Below, in pieces: positions 11,680-24,937 of a stretch of DNA of 64,000 nucleotides; position 1 is the stretch's first letter, and every line of letters starts with the position of its first letter. The position numbers and the translations under genes were made by a program. Origin of the DNA: Squalus acanthias (taxonomy: Eukaryota); assembly GCA_030390025.1 (NCBI GenBank), contig CM059431.1:120902001-120966000 (forward strand), in the 5' to 3' direction. A model generated the notes under the pieces. It was not told the DNA's origin and ran no database searches. It saw only the letters and a program-made list of their open reading frames with translations.

Positions 11680-14600
11680 TTGACACCAGACAAAACAGAA
11701 TATGACTCTCAAGAGCAGGAAATCTTTCTCTGTTTCACCTCAGAGTTTGTTGAGTCCTAATATACACTGCAAATTTAGAACTGATGTGATTTCAGCATCT
11801 TGCCCATGCTAAACATATGGGGGTAGATCTTGACTTTTCTGTGATAGTGTAAAACGGTTCATACCGAGTCAGTAGCCCATTTTACATCTCTCCCGATTAT
11901 TATTTCCATTGACTTCAGGAGATCAGGAGTGTGAGGGAAACGATCGGGAGGGAGAGGGGCATTCGGGAGAGGGAGGGGAAGCGATCGGAAGAGGGAAAAG
12001 TGGCGACTGGCAACAGTCTTCAGCACTGCATTGAGCCAAGAGGAGCACTCCTGCCCCTCCCGGCTCTACATTCAAGTGAGTCATTTTTAACAAACTTGCC
12101 ATTTGGTAGTGGCCTCCAGTGGTCCATTTAAGGACATCTAGACGTGGTTTTTCTGTCGGCTGCGTCCAGGGCAGCCCAATTTTACAAAGGGGCATCAACA
12201 AGTATTAGGACCATTACTTGCATATGCAAAGGTCCTCCACCCTGTTTCAGGCACGGCCTTGGACGCCTATTGTTTTGCCGATAACAATATGGCAAGCGGC
12301 GCACATCTGGCTTCTAATGAGCGTGTGCTCCCTGCCCGCCATATTGGAGGCTTTGCCACCTGTTTATTGCTTGAAAAAAGAGTTTTGTGCCTGTTGGCAT
12401 ATGGACCCCGGTTAATTCAGCTTCTGAAAGGGGTTCATGTTTAATTCATTCGATAGAGGGAAAAATGTGGTTCGTATCATTAGAGAGAAAGAAAGAGAGA
12501 CAGATTTCACTTAGCAACAGCTGCTGTTTTGCGACCAACCATCCTTCAATATTCATAATAGAATGTTTAGGTTACAAATATTATGTTAGGATAAAGAAAG
12601 TCCAGAACTAGTGGTTTATGCTCACCATAGCAAGGCCATGATTTTTTTCTGTGTGTTGTTGATGTAGATGTGTGTCTCTGGACTATGCAGTAGCCAGAGA
12701 CGACCATATTAGATCATAGCTGCTCCAGGTTGATAAGAAAACAGTGTATAAATGTCAGCTTTTTCCTTTGTTCGATAGCACGGAGATACCCATGCCTAGG
12801 TACACGTGCTCTATCTGTGACTATACTCCGCTTGTAAATTACTTTTTATGCTGAAGTTAAAGAATAAGTTGATTATAACCAGAAGACTGAATTCATTACT
12901 ACTCAAGTGAACAAACAGAAGTTTGTTTTAAGACAACAGTGTTGAGGCTGCCGCGAAACACGAATGGAGGCTGAATCCATGTGTGGAAAACAAGAAACTT
13001 TTATTCACTGCATGCTATAACAAAATGGCCGCGAGAGCTGCTCCCAGAATTCTCTGGGTAAAACCTGAGGCCCCGCCCCCTTCTGCCTTAAAGGTAATGT
13101 GCCTTAAAGGGGAGGGGCTGGAAATTTGTCCACAGACGGAAGAGTGGATTATGCCCGTTTTGGGTGGCGATCCGCCACAACAGTGTCATTGAATTTCTAG
13201 GCCACTATGACTGAGAGTAGAGAGAAACAGACAAAGATAGAGAAAGCGAGAGATTGGATGTGGAGATCTGTAGGAAATAGATCTTGTAAATTTTTGTCAG
13301 ATTAATTAAGGCCAGGATTGGATTCAGTTGTGATGGTTTCTATGGTTGAATAGCTTGCCAGCACTCACTGCCTAGGCCCACACACAAATGAAGGGCACTT
13401 GGACAAGGTATGGAGGGACAACCAGCACCTGTGGAACAATGCTTCATGAGTCAGGATATTCTGGTAGGAGAGTAGAAAATTGAAGTTAAGCTAAAAAAAA
13501 TCTTTTCTTCTGATTTTTTTCTCCGAACAAAGCTGTCTATAAGAAACAAAATCAGATTCTTGGAAAGTTTTGAAAAATAAAGAAAAAATCAATGAAAATG
13601 ACAGAGTAACATAATTGGTCAGTCAGCACTTCAAGAGTAAAAAGGAACAACAAGAAATTTCAATCTGTCACACATCTCTAGTAATAGATTGAAATATGAA
13701 TCGTCTTCAAAGTGAGACAGTGTGCTGTCCAAAAAATGACAACACAGCTCTATAGTGGCTTATCACCCTGTGATATAGGTATTGCCCGAGACAAAGGCCA
13801 CGTCTGTTGTTTAGACCTTATCAAAGTGTAATTGTACCTCAACATAGCTCTTACATTGCACCCAAATGTACGACATTCGACTTATCCTTCTGGTGTGATC
13901 TGATTAAAAAAGCCTCTTAAAACCATCAAAAAGACTCAGTGACAGATCAAGCCAGCTGTTTCATTTTTCTTTTCTTTTCTGTAAACAAATCTTTTTTTTA
14001 ATCATCGACAACAGATTAAATTCACAGCTCAGTTTCACACTTCAAAAAGTCTCAAGTTTCTGCCATTGTGCAGTACCACTGTCGTGGAGCCGACACAATT
14101 TCACTGTTTCATCTGAGAGTTACAAAGCCACCTGTGATGCAGGACATGTAGATTGATACAATGAAGGGGGTGCAAAAAAAAATAGTCCTACAATTAATCA
14201 ACACAGTCAGTGTACACGACTGCATAGATAAGAGATATATGTATATGGGTACATTTTTTCTGTACTATAATAGCTTATGAAGTAATAAAAACAGAAAATA
14301 AGATTACCTTCACTTTTTCAAAGGATCTTTGTGAGTTCTATCTGCTGTTTAACTCTAAATCTGCTTTTCCCCATCTTTTTTTCTTGGTGAGCATCCAGCT
14401 ACCTGTGTTCACCGTTCCAGATGCTTTGCTCGTAACTGTTCCGAGCTTCCTGGGAGACGGTGCTCGGAAGAAGGTGAGCAAGTTTTTCAAAGCAACATCT
14501 TTGAAGTATAGAGTAAAATGTAGCAGCAGAAACATAGTGGTGCAGATAGGTTTGTGTGGCTTCCAGATGGCCCATCTGTTGCATAAAGCTGGGGAACACT

Positions 14601-14971
14601 GTAATTAAGTGGTAAAGTGGCCTGTAATTACTCTCAGCCATAAAGTGTGATTATTTTAAAACACAACAAAAGGCCGCATTGTGAAACATTTATGGGCTTG
14701 AAAATATTTAGTTTCACCACATTGTGAGCAATTCTTTGAGCCATAAACATAAATACAGATGGTGGTATAATCCACACAAATTAAAGAAAAAAGCCTTCTG
14801 TTATGAAAAATTCAGATCTTGAGAAGCTTTTCATTGCACCTATCAATCTGCCCGGTGTAGTCTCGCTCCCTTCAATGCAAGCACAAGCGATGCAATGAGG
14901 GCTGTCGCTATCACCTTGTTTATATTATCGTAATGAGTTGATACACTACACCATCTGGATCTAAACATCCT

Positions 14972-15922
14972 GGGGCCAACAATTTGCACTGTTGTTGGCA
15001 AAATAGGAGTTTCGCGCAAGCAGACCTCAATTTTGGATTTTATGGTAGGTCCCATTTCCGATAGTTTTACGCCACCTATTCAGGCTTGTCTGAGAAGGCC
15101 CAATTCTTCTGCCAGCCCCTTCATCACCACACAAATGCCAATGAGATGGTGTGGTGTAAGTGGACAGAATTCTCATTGGCCCAAAAATTAGTCTTGCTAC
15201 GCGAGAGTACGCACTGCGTACTCTCGCGTATTCTGTCTCCAATTGCCGGTTTTCTGCATGCACCGCGCATGCGCTGAAAACCGGCACTTGGTGAATGGAA
15301 AAGGGGGCGGGTCCTAGGTGAACCGCGTGCGCGCTACAGGCTGCGCGCACGCTGTGCACTTAGTGGTTTCAACGCGCAGGTAAGTACGGAAGATTCTACA
15401 CATAAAAAAAGGAGGAGTAAGACCCACTTTTAACAAGGTAAGTAGTGAATTAAGTATTATTTTGAATTTTTTTTAAACAGGTATATCTTTTTTAGAGACT
15501 TTAAAGACAGGTAGGTTTATTTTTATAACTTTTTAAAAGATTTTAAATTTTTTCAAAAATTTAATTTTTTATTTAAAATGGTTAATTTATTTAACTATAC
15601 TTATTTTATTAATGTGATGGTTTTTAAAAAAAATTTAATTGAGGTTTAGCAGTTCTTTTGGGGGGCTATAGTATTCATAACTTTCACAGCACTTATGTGA
15701 AAGTTATGAATGGAAGATGGTGTGCTGCCATTGGCTCCAACTGAGTCACGTGATCCCACAGCTCGCACGAATTAACTACGCCGGTGGGATACGCAAGCCC
15801 AGCACAGCAGCTGTCCAGAACATCAAGTTCGTGCGAGCTGGAACTGAAAAAGCCAACGCGGAGTGAGAGATCGCGGGGAGGCCTTACCCTCGCACGAAGG
15901 CTTCCTCACGAATTTTTGGGCC
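14972..15922. mobile_element. Harbinger-type MITE (related to 33661-34427)
   Basis: GGGCC-type TIRs. Shares an internal AT-rich block and a tgcgc/gcgca-rich segment with 33661-34427. Confidence 0.6.
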
Positions 15923-17593
15923 ATTATCTCTAGCCCCACTAGATATGATTTCCATTGATGTAACTTACTAACAGATAGTGAGTGTAACCTTGTCAGAATC
16001 AAATCCGCCCAGTGGAAGTGACCTATTTAAAGGGGTTGACAACCCATACAAGTTTTGTCTGTATCTCAGGTTTGCCCGCATATTTTAGGATTTATTTTCT
16101 TGCTTTGGGAGCTACAGAGCAATATTAACACAAGGTTAACACAAGCATTTCAAGGATATCTCTCCCAGGTGGTACCTGAGAGCGGGTGGAGCAGGAAGAC
16201 AAGTTCCAAAAGGATCCACTAACATGGGAGGATGGAGTAGTAAGGGGCTGCTTACAAGAAGGGCTTGTCAGGGGAGTTCCAAACACAAGTTCCAGGTAGA
16301 AGTGTTCGAGGGGGCCTTTGAACCACGGTGCACTGCAAATGAAGACTTGTCAATCCATTTAAGAACTGAGCGTAATAAAAACAGAAAAAGCTGAAAATAC
16401 TCAGCAGGTCAGGCAGCATCTTATAGAGAGAGAAACAGAGTTAATGGGCTGGATATTTACTGGGGCGGGTTGTGTAGGCGGGGGCGCGGGGTGGTGGGGG
16501 TGGGTGGGGGGGGCAGAGTTCCGAATGGGAAACCCGGAAGTCTGGGTTTCCCCACATGCTGTGGAGTTTTAACTCCACAGCGTGCAATTTTTAGCCCTGA
16601 CAGGTTCCCCGTCCAGAAGCCAGCCTGATTGACAGGCTTGGCTTCCAGTCGGGCGGGGAGCACTCCGAAGGAGGTCGCAGGACCAGGTAGGTCCGATTCC
16701 CAACCCCAGTGGGGGGGTCCAATCCCCAACCGCAGGAGGGGGCAATCTGGGGGTGGGGGGGGAGGGGGATTTGTATGGTGGGGGAGTTTGGGGGGCCGGG
16801 AAGAAGCACTCCTGCTCCTCCTACCCACAAGGAGTGCTCCCTGAGGCTGTCCTTGCCTCACTGCAGCTCAGCTCAGTAAAATCTGCAAAGCAGGTTAAAT
16901 CTGAAGCTTCCAGCCTCATTAACATACTTAAAATGCCAACCCGCCTCTTTGGGCTCACAAACTGCACTGGCATTTCCATCCTCACACTGGTGGGCTCCCT
17001 CTTAATGGTGGGAGTCTTGCCAACAACCCGCTGTGTATATGGAATGAGCAACGACCCAGGAAGATGGATCGCAGCTATGCAGATATGGTGGGGTGGGTGG
17101 ATTTCCCACACTGCTGGAACTCTGACGCAAAGAGAAGAATTCCTCCTGTAATATCACAAATAATGGCCCCAGATTTCCACAGGCCTTCCGGTGCACTTCT
17201 GCTGTTTTCCCAATATGAGTGTGACATATGTTTGCCAACCATCCAGGATTGCCCAAGAGTCTCCAGGAATTACAAGTTATTCCCAAGGGCACTGCTACGA
17301 GTAATCCAGGAAAAAACATCACAGGGAAAATAATTTTTTTTAAACATTTTCTTTGAACACTTTTGTTCATTAGTTATGAAAATATCGGCCATGGGGAAAC
17401 AAGACTGTTGACTGACGATGAAGAACCATTCAATCGGGTAATGAAGAGTCTATTCACTTTCCAATTGGCATTGGAAGGTGGTGCCCCGCGAGGATTGACC
17501 TGTCAGCCAACCAATGGCGGGAGTGTGGGGGGCAGGGTAGTTGGAGGCATGAGGTCATGTGATGAAACCTCCAGGAATATGTCCAACCAGAGT

Positions 17594-18050
17594 TAGAAAC
17601 ATAGAAACATAGAAACTAGGAGCAGGAGTAGGCCATTCGGCCCGTCGAGCCTGCTCCACCATTCAATACGATCATGGCTGATCATCCAAATCCAGTACCC
17701 TGTCCCTGCTTTCTCACACAGAATCCCCACAGTACAGATAGAGGCCATCTCGGCCTGCACCTATCCCACCCTATCGCCGTAACCCCACGTATTTAATTCC
17801 CCCTAACATATCCCCGTAACCCCGCATATTTAATCCCCCCCTAACACTAAGGGTCAATTTATCATAGCCAAATCAACCTCACCCGCACATTTTTGGACTG
17901 TGGGAGGAAACCGGAGCACCCGGAGGAAACCCACGCAGACACGGGGAGAATGTGCAAACTCCACACAGACAGTCACCCGGGACCAGATTCGAACCCGGGT
18001 CCCTGGCACTGTGAGGCACCAGTGCTAACCACTATGCCACCGTGTTGCCC
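17594..18050 (-). mobile_element. HE1-like V-SINE, second copy
   Basis: Near-identical to 11243-11679. Confidence 0.85.
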
Positions 18051-19951
18051 TAGTTGGTAACCCTAGTGTGGTGGCACATCCGGGATTTAGGCTGGAGCCA
18101 ACGCCCACTCCAAACAAGGTCACCTGCATCAGAGGGAGTGCAGCCAGGGAGAGGGAGTGCAGCCAGGGAGAGGGGGACTTCCCAGGCAGGGTGGGGATCT
18201 CCCTGACTGGAAAATTCCTCGCCCCAGCCCGGGAGCCACCAGCATCCTGGTATGCTCATTGAGAAGAGCCATATGGTCCTGATGGCTGGTGGAAGTGGGG
18301 AGTCTGACGGTCCCACGCAGCCTGGGACCGGCTTTTCCAATGCAAAATTTTGCTCATGCGCGAAACTTCGAATGGGCCGCGCAGCCTGTTAAAGGGACCG
18401 CGCACCCAAATTTAAAATTAGGGAGAACATTGATGCGAACTACCTGAGGGTTGCTCAGATTGGACCCAAGGCATTTTTATTGGCCTACTAGCCAAAGTGA
18501 CCAAAGTGCAGTCACTCTGACCACTGACACCTGCTGGACACCCAGCGGAGGTCACAAAAGTTCATGAACAAACTTCTTTTTTGGGACCAGCAGAGCAGGA
18601 ATGGCTCTCCAGGCTCTGGAGGGAAAGTTTGGGCCATTGGCACACGGGCTCCACCCCCCCTACCCCCACCCTTCGCACCTGCAGAACTCTGCTGAATCCC
18701 CTTCCCCCCACCCCCCAATCGTGGCTGACTTGAGTGCTGGCGGGTGGTCTCTGGGTCGCCCAATCTTTCCTTGCCAGCAGCAGATCATCTACCTCTTTGT
18801 GCCTGCTACCAGCCCCAATCATTAATTTCAGCTGGACTGCTGCCCATTACGAAGCTCTTCAATTAGTTGCATGGTTGTTCCCCTTACTCTCTTTAAAATT
18901 TGTATTGTAAGTCTCATTTTACATGTCCTCTTTTTCAGTGCCTTTTATTCTACTGAAGTCTTGTAAAGGCTTCAATTACAGTCAGCTTTCTGATAAATTA
19001 GCGGACAATATGTAGCTATTTTAGCTGCCATATGAACACTGTGTAACGTGCGGAGAAAGGGTAACAATCCTCCAAACTTTAAAAATAATGATAACCTTTC
19101 AATAAAATGAAAGCTCTTAATACAATTCAGTGCTGAAAATATATATACGACTGGAAAATAACAACAACAAAATAAGGTTAAAGAGCCTCAGATCCCTCAG
19201 AACTCCTTCGTTCTTGGAAATTGCCTTAGGCCCAATCCAACTGGGCATTGGGAGGATCAGCCCAAGTTTATACTAAATGGATAGAAATTTGTACTCGGCT
19301 TCATTTCAATGGATTTCAGTATTTAACTGAATTCATGGATGCTTATCGGAGAGACAATTTCAAACCAGTCTAAAAGACTTGCCAGAAAGCTACGTTTAGC
19401 GCTAAAGTATGCAGATCCGGCTATGTGGGAGATTTCTCCAGTACTGCAGGTCCTGTACCAATGGCCTTCGTGTCCAGAAAATACACCCTGTTTAATACCG
19501 TAGTAAAGATATGATCCTAATAAACTGCCTTGCAAAGCTAATTAGTCACACATCCTGACCAGGCCTCAGGATGTAAAATGTTAGTTTTGCTGATTACACA
19601 AATGACCACAAAAATAATCCAGTTAACCATCCGACCCTGTCAAACCCACAATCAATGCAAATCACTGCAGCGCCTATGATGTTATGCAAGCAGTTGTAAA
19701 AATATCCTTTTGATTTTATTTTTTGTGAAAGAAAACAGACAATTCTGGAGATGCTAGTTCATAGTAAAGGAGATGTCCCTCTTGAACAGGGCTTTCTCAT
19801 CACTGAAATGACATGCATATGTTCAGCTTATGTCGTAGACGACGTTAGATTTTCTCTCATTGATTTCCTGTTCCATTTCCTATCAGAAATGTTGATTGTG
19901 AGTGTATAATATCATGATAAATCAGTGAATTTTCTGACCAGACTGATACTA

Positions 19952-20392
19952 TGGCCCCGATATTAACTCGGAGACGCGTTGGGAGAGGAAAGGGAGCGGG
20001 TCCGACATCGTGTGGGAAACCCGGAAAAAAGTTCAGCGCGCACATCAGTGGCTTTTTAACTCAGCCAGTTCATTATTACTCATGGGTTTGGCATCCAATG
20101 TGCAGCAGCAGGTGTGATGTGGACACGTATAAAGCGATCTCAACTCCAGTATTTAAAGGGCCAAACCAAAGATGGAATTTGGAGGAGTTTGGAGTTGTAA
20201 ACAGCAGAAGAGGAAGTTCCCAACAGGCAAAGGCATTGCCCGCTTCAGTGATGTCTCTCTTGATGTGCTGCTGGGGGCTGTAAAGAGCTGCGAAAGAGAT
20301 ACTCTTCCCAGTCATGGGAGGAAGAAACTTGCTGCTGACACCAAGAAAGCATGGCTGGAGGTGGCCGAGGGGGTGAGCAGCAAGAGCATGTG
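19952..20392 (+). mobile_element. Harbinger element 5' part with Myb/SANT-like ORF remnant
   Basis: Peptide RFSDVSLDVLLGAV...TKKAWLEVAEGVS. Confidence 0.65.
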
Positions 20393-21714
20393 ATGCATTT
20401 TGGCAGAAGGCATTTTGGCAGAAGGAACAGGGAGAGGCAATATACACTTAATGGCACAGTTTTAAAGAGTGTGCAGAGACAGAGGAACCTGGGAGTTAAT
20501 GTGCATAGTTCCCTGAAGGTGGCAGGACATATTGAGAGAGTGGTTAACAAAGCATATGGGATCTTGGGCTTCATAAATAGAGGTATTGAGTACAAAGGTA
20601 GAGAAGTTATGTTGAACCTTGATAAAGCGCTGAAATAAAAACAGAAAGTGCTGGAAATACTCAGCAGGTCAGACAGCATCTGTAGAGAGAGAAACAGAGT
20701 TAACGTTTCAGGTCGATGACCCTTCGTCAGAACTGGAAAAAGTTGGAGATGTAACAGATTTTTAAGCAAGTGTAGGGGCAGGGAAAGGGGGGAGGGGAGG
20801 AAAGAACAAAAGGGAAGATCTGAGATAGGATGGAAGGCAGGAGAGATTAAGAGACAAAAGGGATGATGGTGCGAGGCAAAAGGAGATGGTAATGGGACAA
20901 GTTAAGAAACAAAAGATGACTCTAGATGAAGTGTAAATGGCAATGGCAGAATAATCAACAGCTGCCATGTGAGAGAAAAAAAAATGATAGGGGCAGAGGT
21001 TATTGTCTGAAATTGTTGAACTCGATGTTGAGTCCAGAAGTCTGTAAAGTGCCTAATCGAAAGATGAGGTGCTGTTGCTCGAGCTTACGTTGAGCTTCAT
21101 TGGAACAGTGTAAGAGGCCGAGGACGGAGAGGTCAGAGTGGGAGTGTAGCGGAGAATTAAAGTGACAGGCGACTGGAAGCTCAGGGTCACCCTTACGGAC
21201 TGAACGGGGGTGTTCCGCAAAGCAATCATCCAATCTGCGTTTGGTCTCCCCAATGTAGAGGAGACCGCATCGTGAGCAGCGAATACTGTATACTAAATAA
21301 CACTTTATAAAGCACTGGTTAGGCCACAACTGGAGTATTGCGTCAAGTTCTGGTCACCACACTTTAGGAAGGATGTTAAGGCCCTTGAGAGGGTGCAAAG
21401 GAGCTTTACCAGAATGGTTCTGGGGATGGGGTATCTTAGCTACAAGGACAGGTTCGAGAAGCTAGATTTGTTTTCATTAGAGCAAAGGAGGTTGAGGGGT
21501 GATTTGATAGAGGTGTACAAGATTATGACGGGTTTGGATAGGCTAGACGGGGAAAGGCTGTTCCCACTAGTTGATGGTACAAGGACTAGGGGACATAGAT
21601 TTAAGGTTTTGGGCAAGAGATACAGGGGGGATGCGAGGTAAAACTTCTTTACATAGCGAGTGGTGATGACCTGGAACTCACTGCCGACGGAAGTGGTGGA
21701 AGTGGAGACACTCA
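20393..21714 (+). mobile_element. CR1 RT 3' fragment, split by a Penelope insertion
   Basis: HFGRRN, LGVNVHSSLKVA and LFSLEQRRLRGDLIEVYKI peptides. Confidence 0.85.
20633..21298 (-). mobile_element. Penelope-like element 3' fragment: GIY-YIG endonuclease plus terminal repeat with hammerhead (20698-20734)
   Basis: LVYSIRCSRCGLLYIGETKRRL...GLNIEF peptide; CTGACGA...GAAACGTT motif. Confidence 0.88.
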
Positions 21715-21716
21715 AT

Positions 21717-22561
21717 GGGCTGGATTTTTTCAATGGAGACATGTTGGAGGCGGGACTGCTGCTTGCCGGGTCTCAGTCCCGCCTCTATCAGCTTCTGGCC
21801 AACCAGCGGGATTTTCCCCTGATTGACCTTGTTAAGCCCACCCAGCGGGCTCAGCAGGCCAATTAGGGGGATGTCACTGACAGAGCACATCAACGTCTGA
21901 CGTGCCATCTGTCAAGATTTCTTGAAAGAAGAAATGTCAGTGTTTGACAGCTCTGTGAAGCAGTCAAACACTGACATTCTGTGTAGTTTGATGAGTCATT
22001 GTGTTCAGGACTCATCAAACCTTTCAACTTTGCAGAAATCACCTGGCTGTTGGTTCGGAGGAGCCAACAACCTGTCTGTGAAATCTACAATGAAGATGTC
22101 GGGACTCCGGATCCACAGCGGCTGAAGACTATAGGCAGAAACAAAGGTAAGTGAACATTTTATAACACTTTACACTCACCTCACATACTTACCACTCCAC
22201 ACTTGCACCCATCACTCACCTCTACATTGCACTTTCAGACCCCTCCGACCCCCGCAGACCTCCTTCTCATCTCCTACACCCTGTCGGGGTTCTCCGAGGT
22301 CGGGAAGCCTGGACTTGGAAAGGTAAAATGGGACTAATCCTTTTTTCTGCCTGTTAACTACCTGTTAACAGGCAGTTAATAGGATTTGATCCCTTTCCCG
22401 CCTCGAGGAGACGGGACCCAGGGCAGGACGGCTTCCCGCCTCCTGGCAAAAGGGCACAGAGGCGGGATGGGGGCGGATTTGCCAGCCGCCCCCACATTCT
22501 GTAAGTTTACCGGCAGTTCCGCCTCCATACCCGCCTCCTCGGGGCTGGCAAAATCCAGCCC
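21717..22561. mobile_element. Harbinger-type MITE
   Basis: TIRs GGGCTGGATTTT...AAAATCCAGCCC. Confidence 0.7.
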
Positions 22562-24112
22562 TATGACTATGACTCTATGACGAGTTTCAGGAAGCCTGGT
22601 AAACCCGTGGATGCACTGATAAATTTAAAAGTGTGTTAATATTGAGTGATTTGCATATGTTAATAGGCAACTCATCTCTCCTGAGGGGTTGCATACAAGC
22701 AGCCTAATGCACTCCAGTTAAACGGGGAAGTCAACGGGTTGTTACCTTCTTCATGACGCGCTGACATTTTTGCTGGTTTTAACCCCCCACTCGCAGCTAG
22801 TCACACGCGCTCCTCCAGGTCAAAATTCCCCCATCTATCTGAAACAACAGATGTGCCTGTTTTAGTGTCTGTAGTCTTCTGCAAAGGGGACAAGTACAAA
22901 AAGCATATTCTTCGCAATACAAGTTAGAATGTCATCATCAAAACCAGAGTAAGAAAGGGTTTGTGTTTCTTGTTCGCATAGTTGAGATACATTTCATAAA
23001 CAGAAGTTTTGTTCACAATATAACTATTTAACAAGACGCACTGCTTTGAAATCTAAATTGTTCTATCTAGAGAATAAAACAATCTGCACAGCAATGGTAC
23101 ACTCATGGCAATGTAGAAAACTAGCTTACGCTGACCAACTATTTCAAAAAAGCTGAGGCAACACCCAAAAAAATGTCAAAAACAGTCCTGAATATAGCCT
23201 GTGACATGTCAAAGCAATGAGTTACATTGAAAGTGCAATGGGACATGACGGTTTTTATAACTTAAGCTACAGGTATATCCAACTTTCATTTTGGGAAAAA
23301 CACTTTAATTGTCCACAACAGTGCAGTTGAAAGTAGAGGTGAATTTAGAAACTATTCGGGTGGAATGTGAGTGCTGAATTTATAAGATTTATTCCCTCAT
23401 AGGAGTTGGGAAAATGTTACCTCCCCTCTCCATGCAAAATAAAATTGATTATTGACACTTTATCTAGTGTATTTTCCAGCATTTGGAACCTACTGTAAAT
23501 CTGACTTTCAAGCCAAAACATAATTTCTCCTGAAAAGTTACAGATATTTTACATATGAAAATGCAAGTAGTTATAAGGTCTTCATTATAATTGTACGCAG
23601 TCCAGTTCCTTTATTTGGGAATCTAACCTCAGATACATCAGCCCCGATTTTATGTGGCTCCGAAGGTAATTTGCAATTTCATGTACCAAATCCATATGGT
23701 GCTGAATTTTAAGATCTGTGAATTTGCTGGGTGAGATTATTCTGCACATCAGGCAAGTGAATATGTTATTTAAGTGAAATAGTCAATTCACTGAGGTCCC
23801 TTGTCGAATTTTATCATTTCTGGCCAGCTTCCAGCCTCAGCAAGATACATGTAATTGGCAGTGAGGATTTATTTGCATTTGCATTATTCCTGTGCACTTC
23901 TGAATATTTGAAAATGCTCGCATCGTCAGGCAAGATTTTCCTCCAAGTGTTTTGATTCTTGCTAACTTACGAGGTGTAGCGAACAAAGTTGTGAGGGTGG
24001 GTATTCTTTTGGATGTGAAAAACTGAAGTGTATCGGAATTGCTAGAATTGAAAAGACCAAGGTCCATCTAGCTCACCTTCTACCATCCTGGTAGTCACAC
24101 GATACAATATTG

Positions 24113-24856
24113 GCACAGAATTTGCAGTTGTAATCATGGTGAAACGGTCAGTATTTGTCGTCATTACTGTGTAAAACTGAAAGCAAGTTCTGGCACCACA
24201 CATGCGCAGTTAAACGTGGAAATCCGGAAGCTGCTGTCACTGATTCCCTGCTCCTCCATGGGATGCACTCATGCAGTCATCGCAGATGGAATCAGTTAGA
24301 AATCACTGATTTGGCGTGAACTTCAACTTTTTACGCACCATTCTCACTGTAAAAGCCATTGAAAATGTTAAGCCTTTTTGAATGAGGTGTAACTGAGTTT
24401 TTAATGGCATACTAAATCATAATTACTGTTGAACAACCTTTCTGGCCCTGAAAAAATGAATTTTATACTGTGGAGTGCCATTTCCTCCATTTCATGATAA
24501 AAATTCCACAGAGTCCACATTTGTTTATGATATTTCAGCTTTTACCTTAATCCCATGTGTATGTCCTAACTTTTATTTTGTTTTCTGCAAAATTATTAAC
24601 AAGTGTATGATAAAACCTGCTTTTTGCTTCCGGGTTTGCTGTCTGTGACAATCCTTCAATGTGATTGCCTGCTTAGCCTGCTTGATGATAAACCTGTTAA
24701 TGGATGCCACAGATCCCCTATAGATGGCACCAGATGGAAAGTCATGCTGGGAAAGGGGATATAAATGCAACAGAGCCCAGAAAAACTTTGTGGGCAGTTT
24801 TCATTGAGGTCAGCAGTGAGCGCCATCACTTTGCCACTGACCACAAAATCCCGGCC
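24113..24856. mobile_element. Older Harbinger-type MITE
   Basis: Imperfect TIRs GGCACAGAATTTG...CAAAATCCCGGCC. Confidence 0.5.
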
Positions 24857-24937
24857 AATTATAATGGAGTTGTTGACTAATCATAGCAATTAATCTCTAT
24901 CAATCAGTCTACAACAGACTCAGACTTAGTCTACAAC

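Noticed and set aside
14300..14540. Possible host exon on the minus strand (AG acceptor near 14500, GT donor near 14306)
   Set aside because: All three frames contain stops across the interval and no protein family was recognised. A non-coding exon cannot be excluded.
19280..19540. Coding-looking unique sequence with a 70-aa ORF
   Set aside because: No recognisable homology and no convincing splice-site pair.
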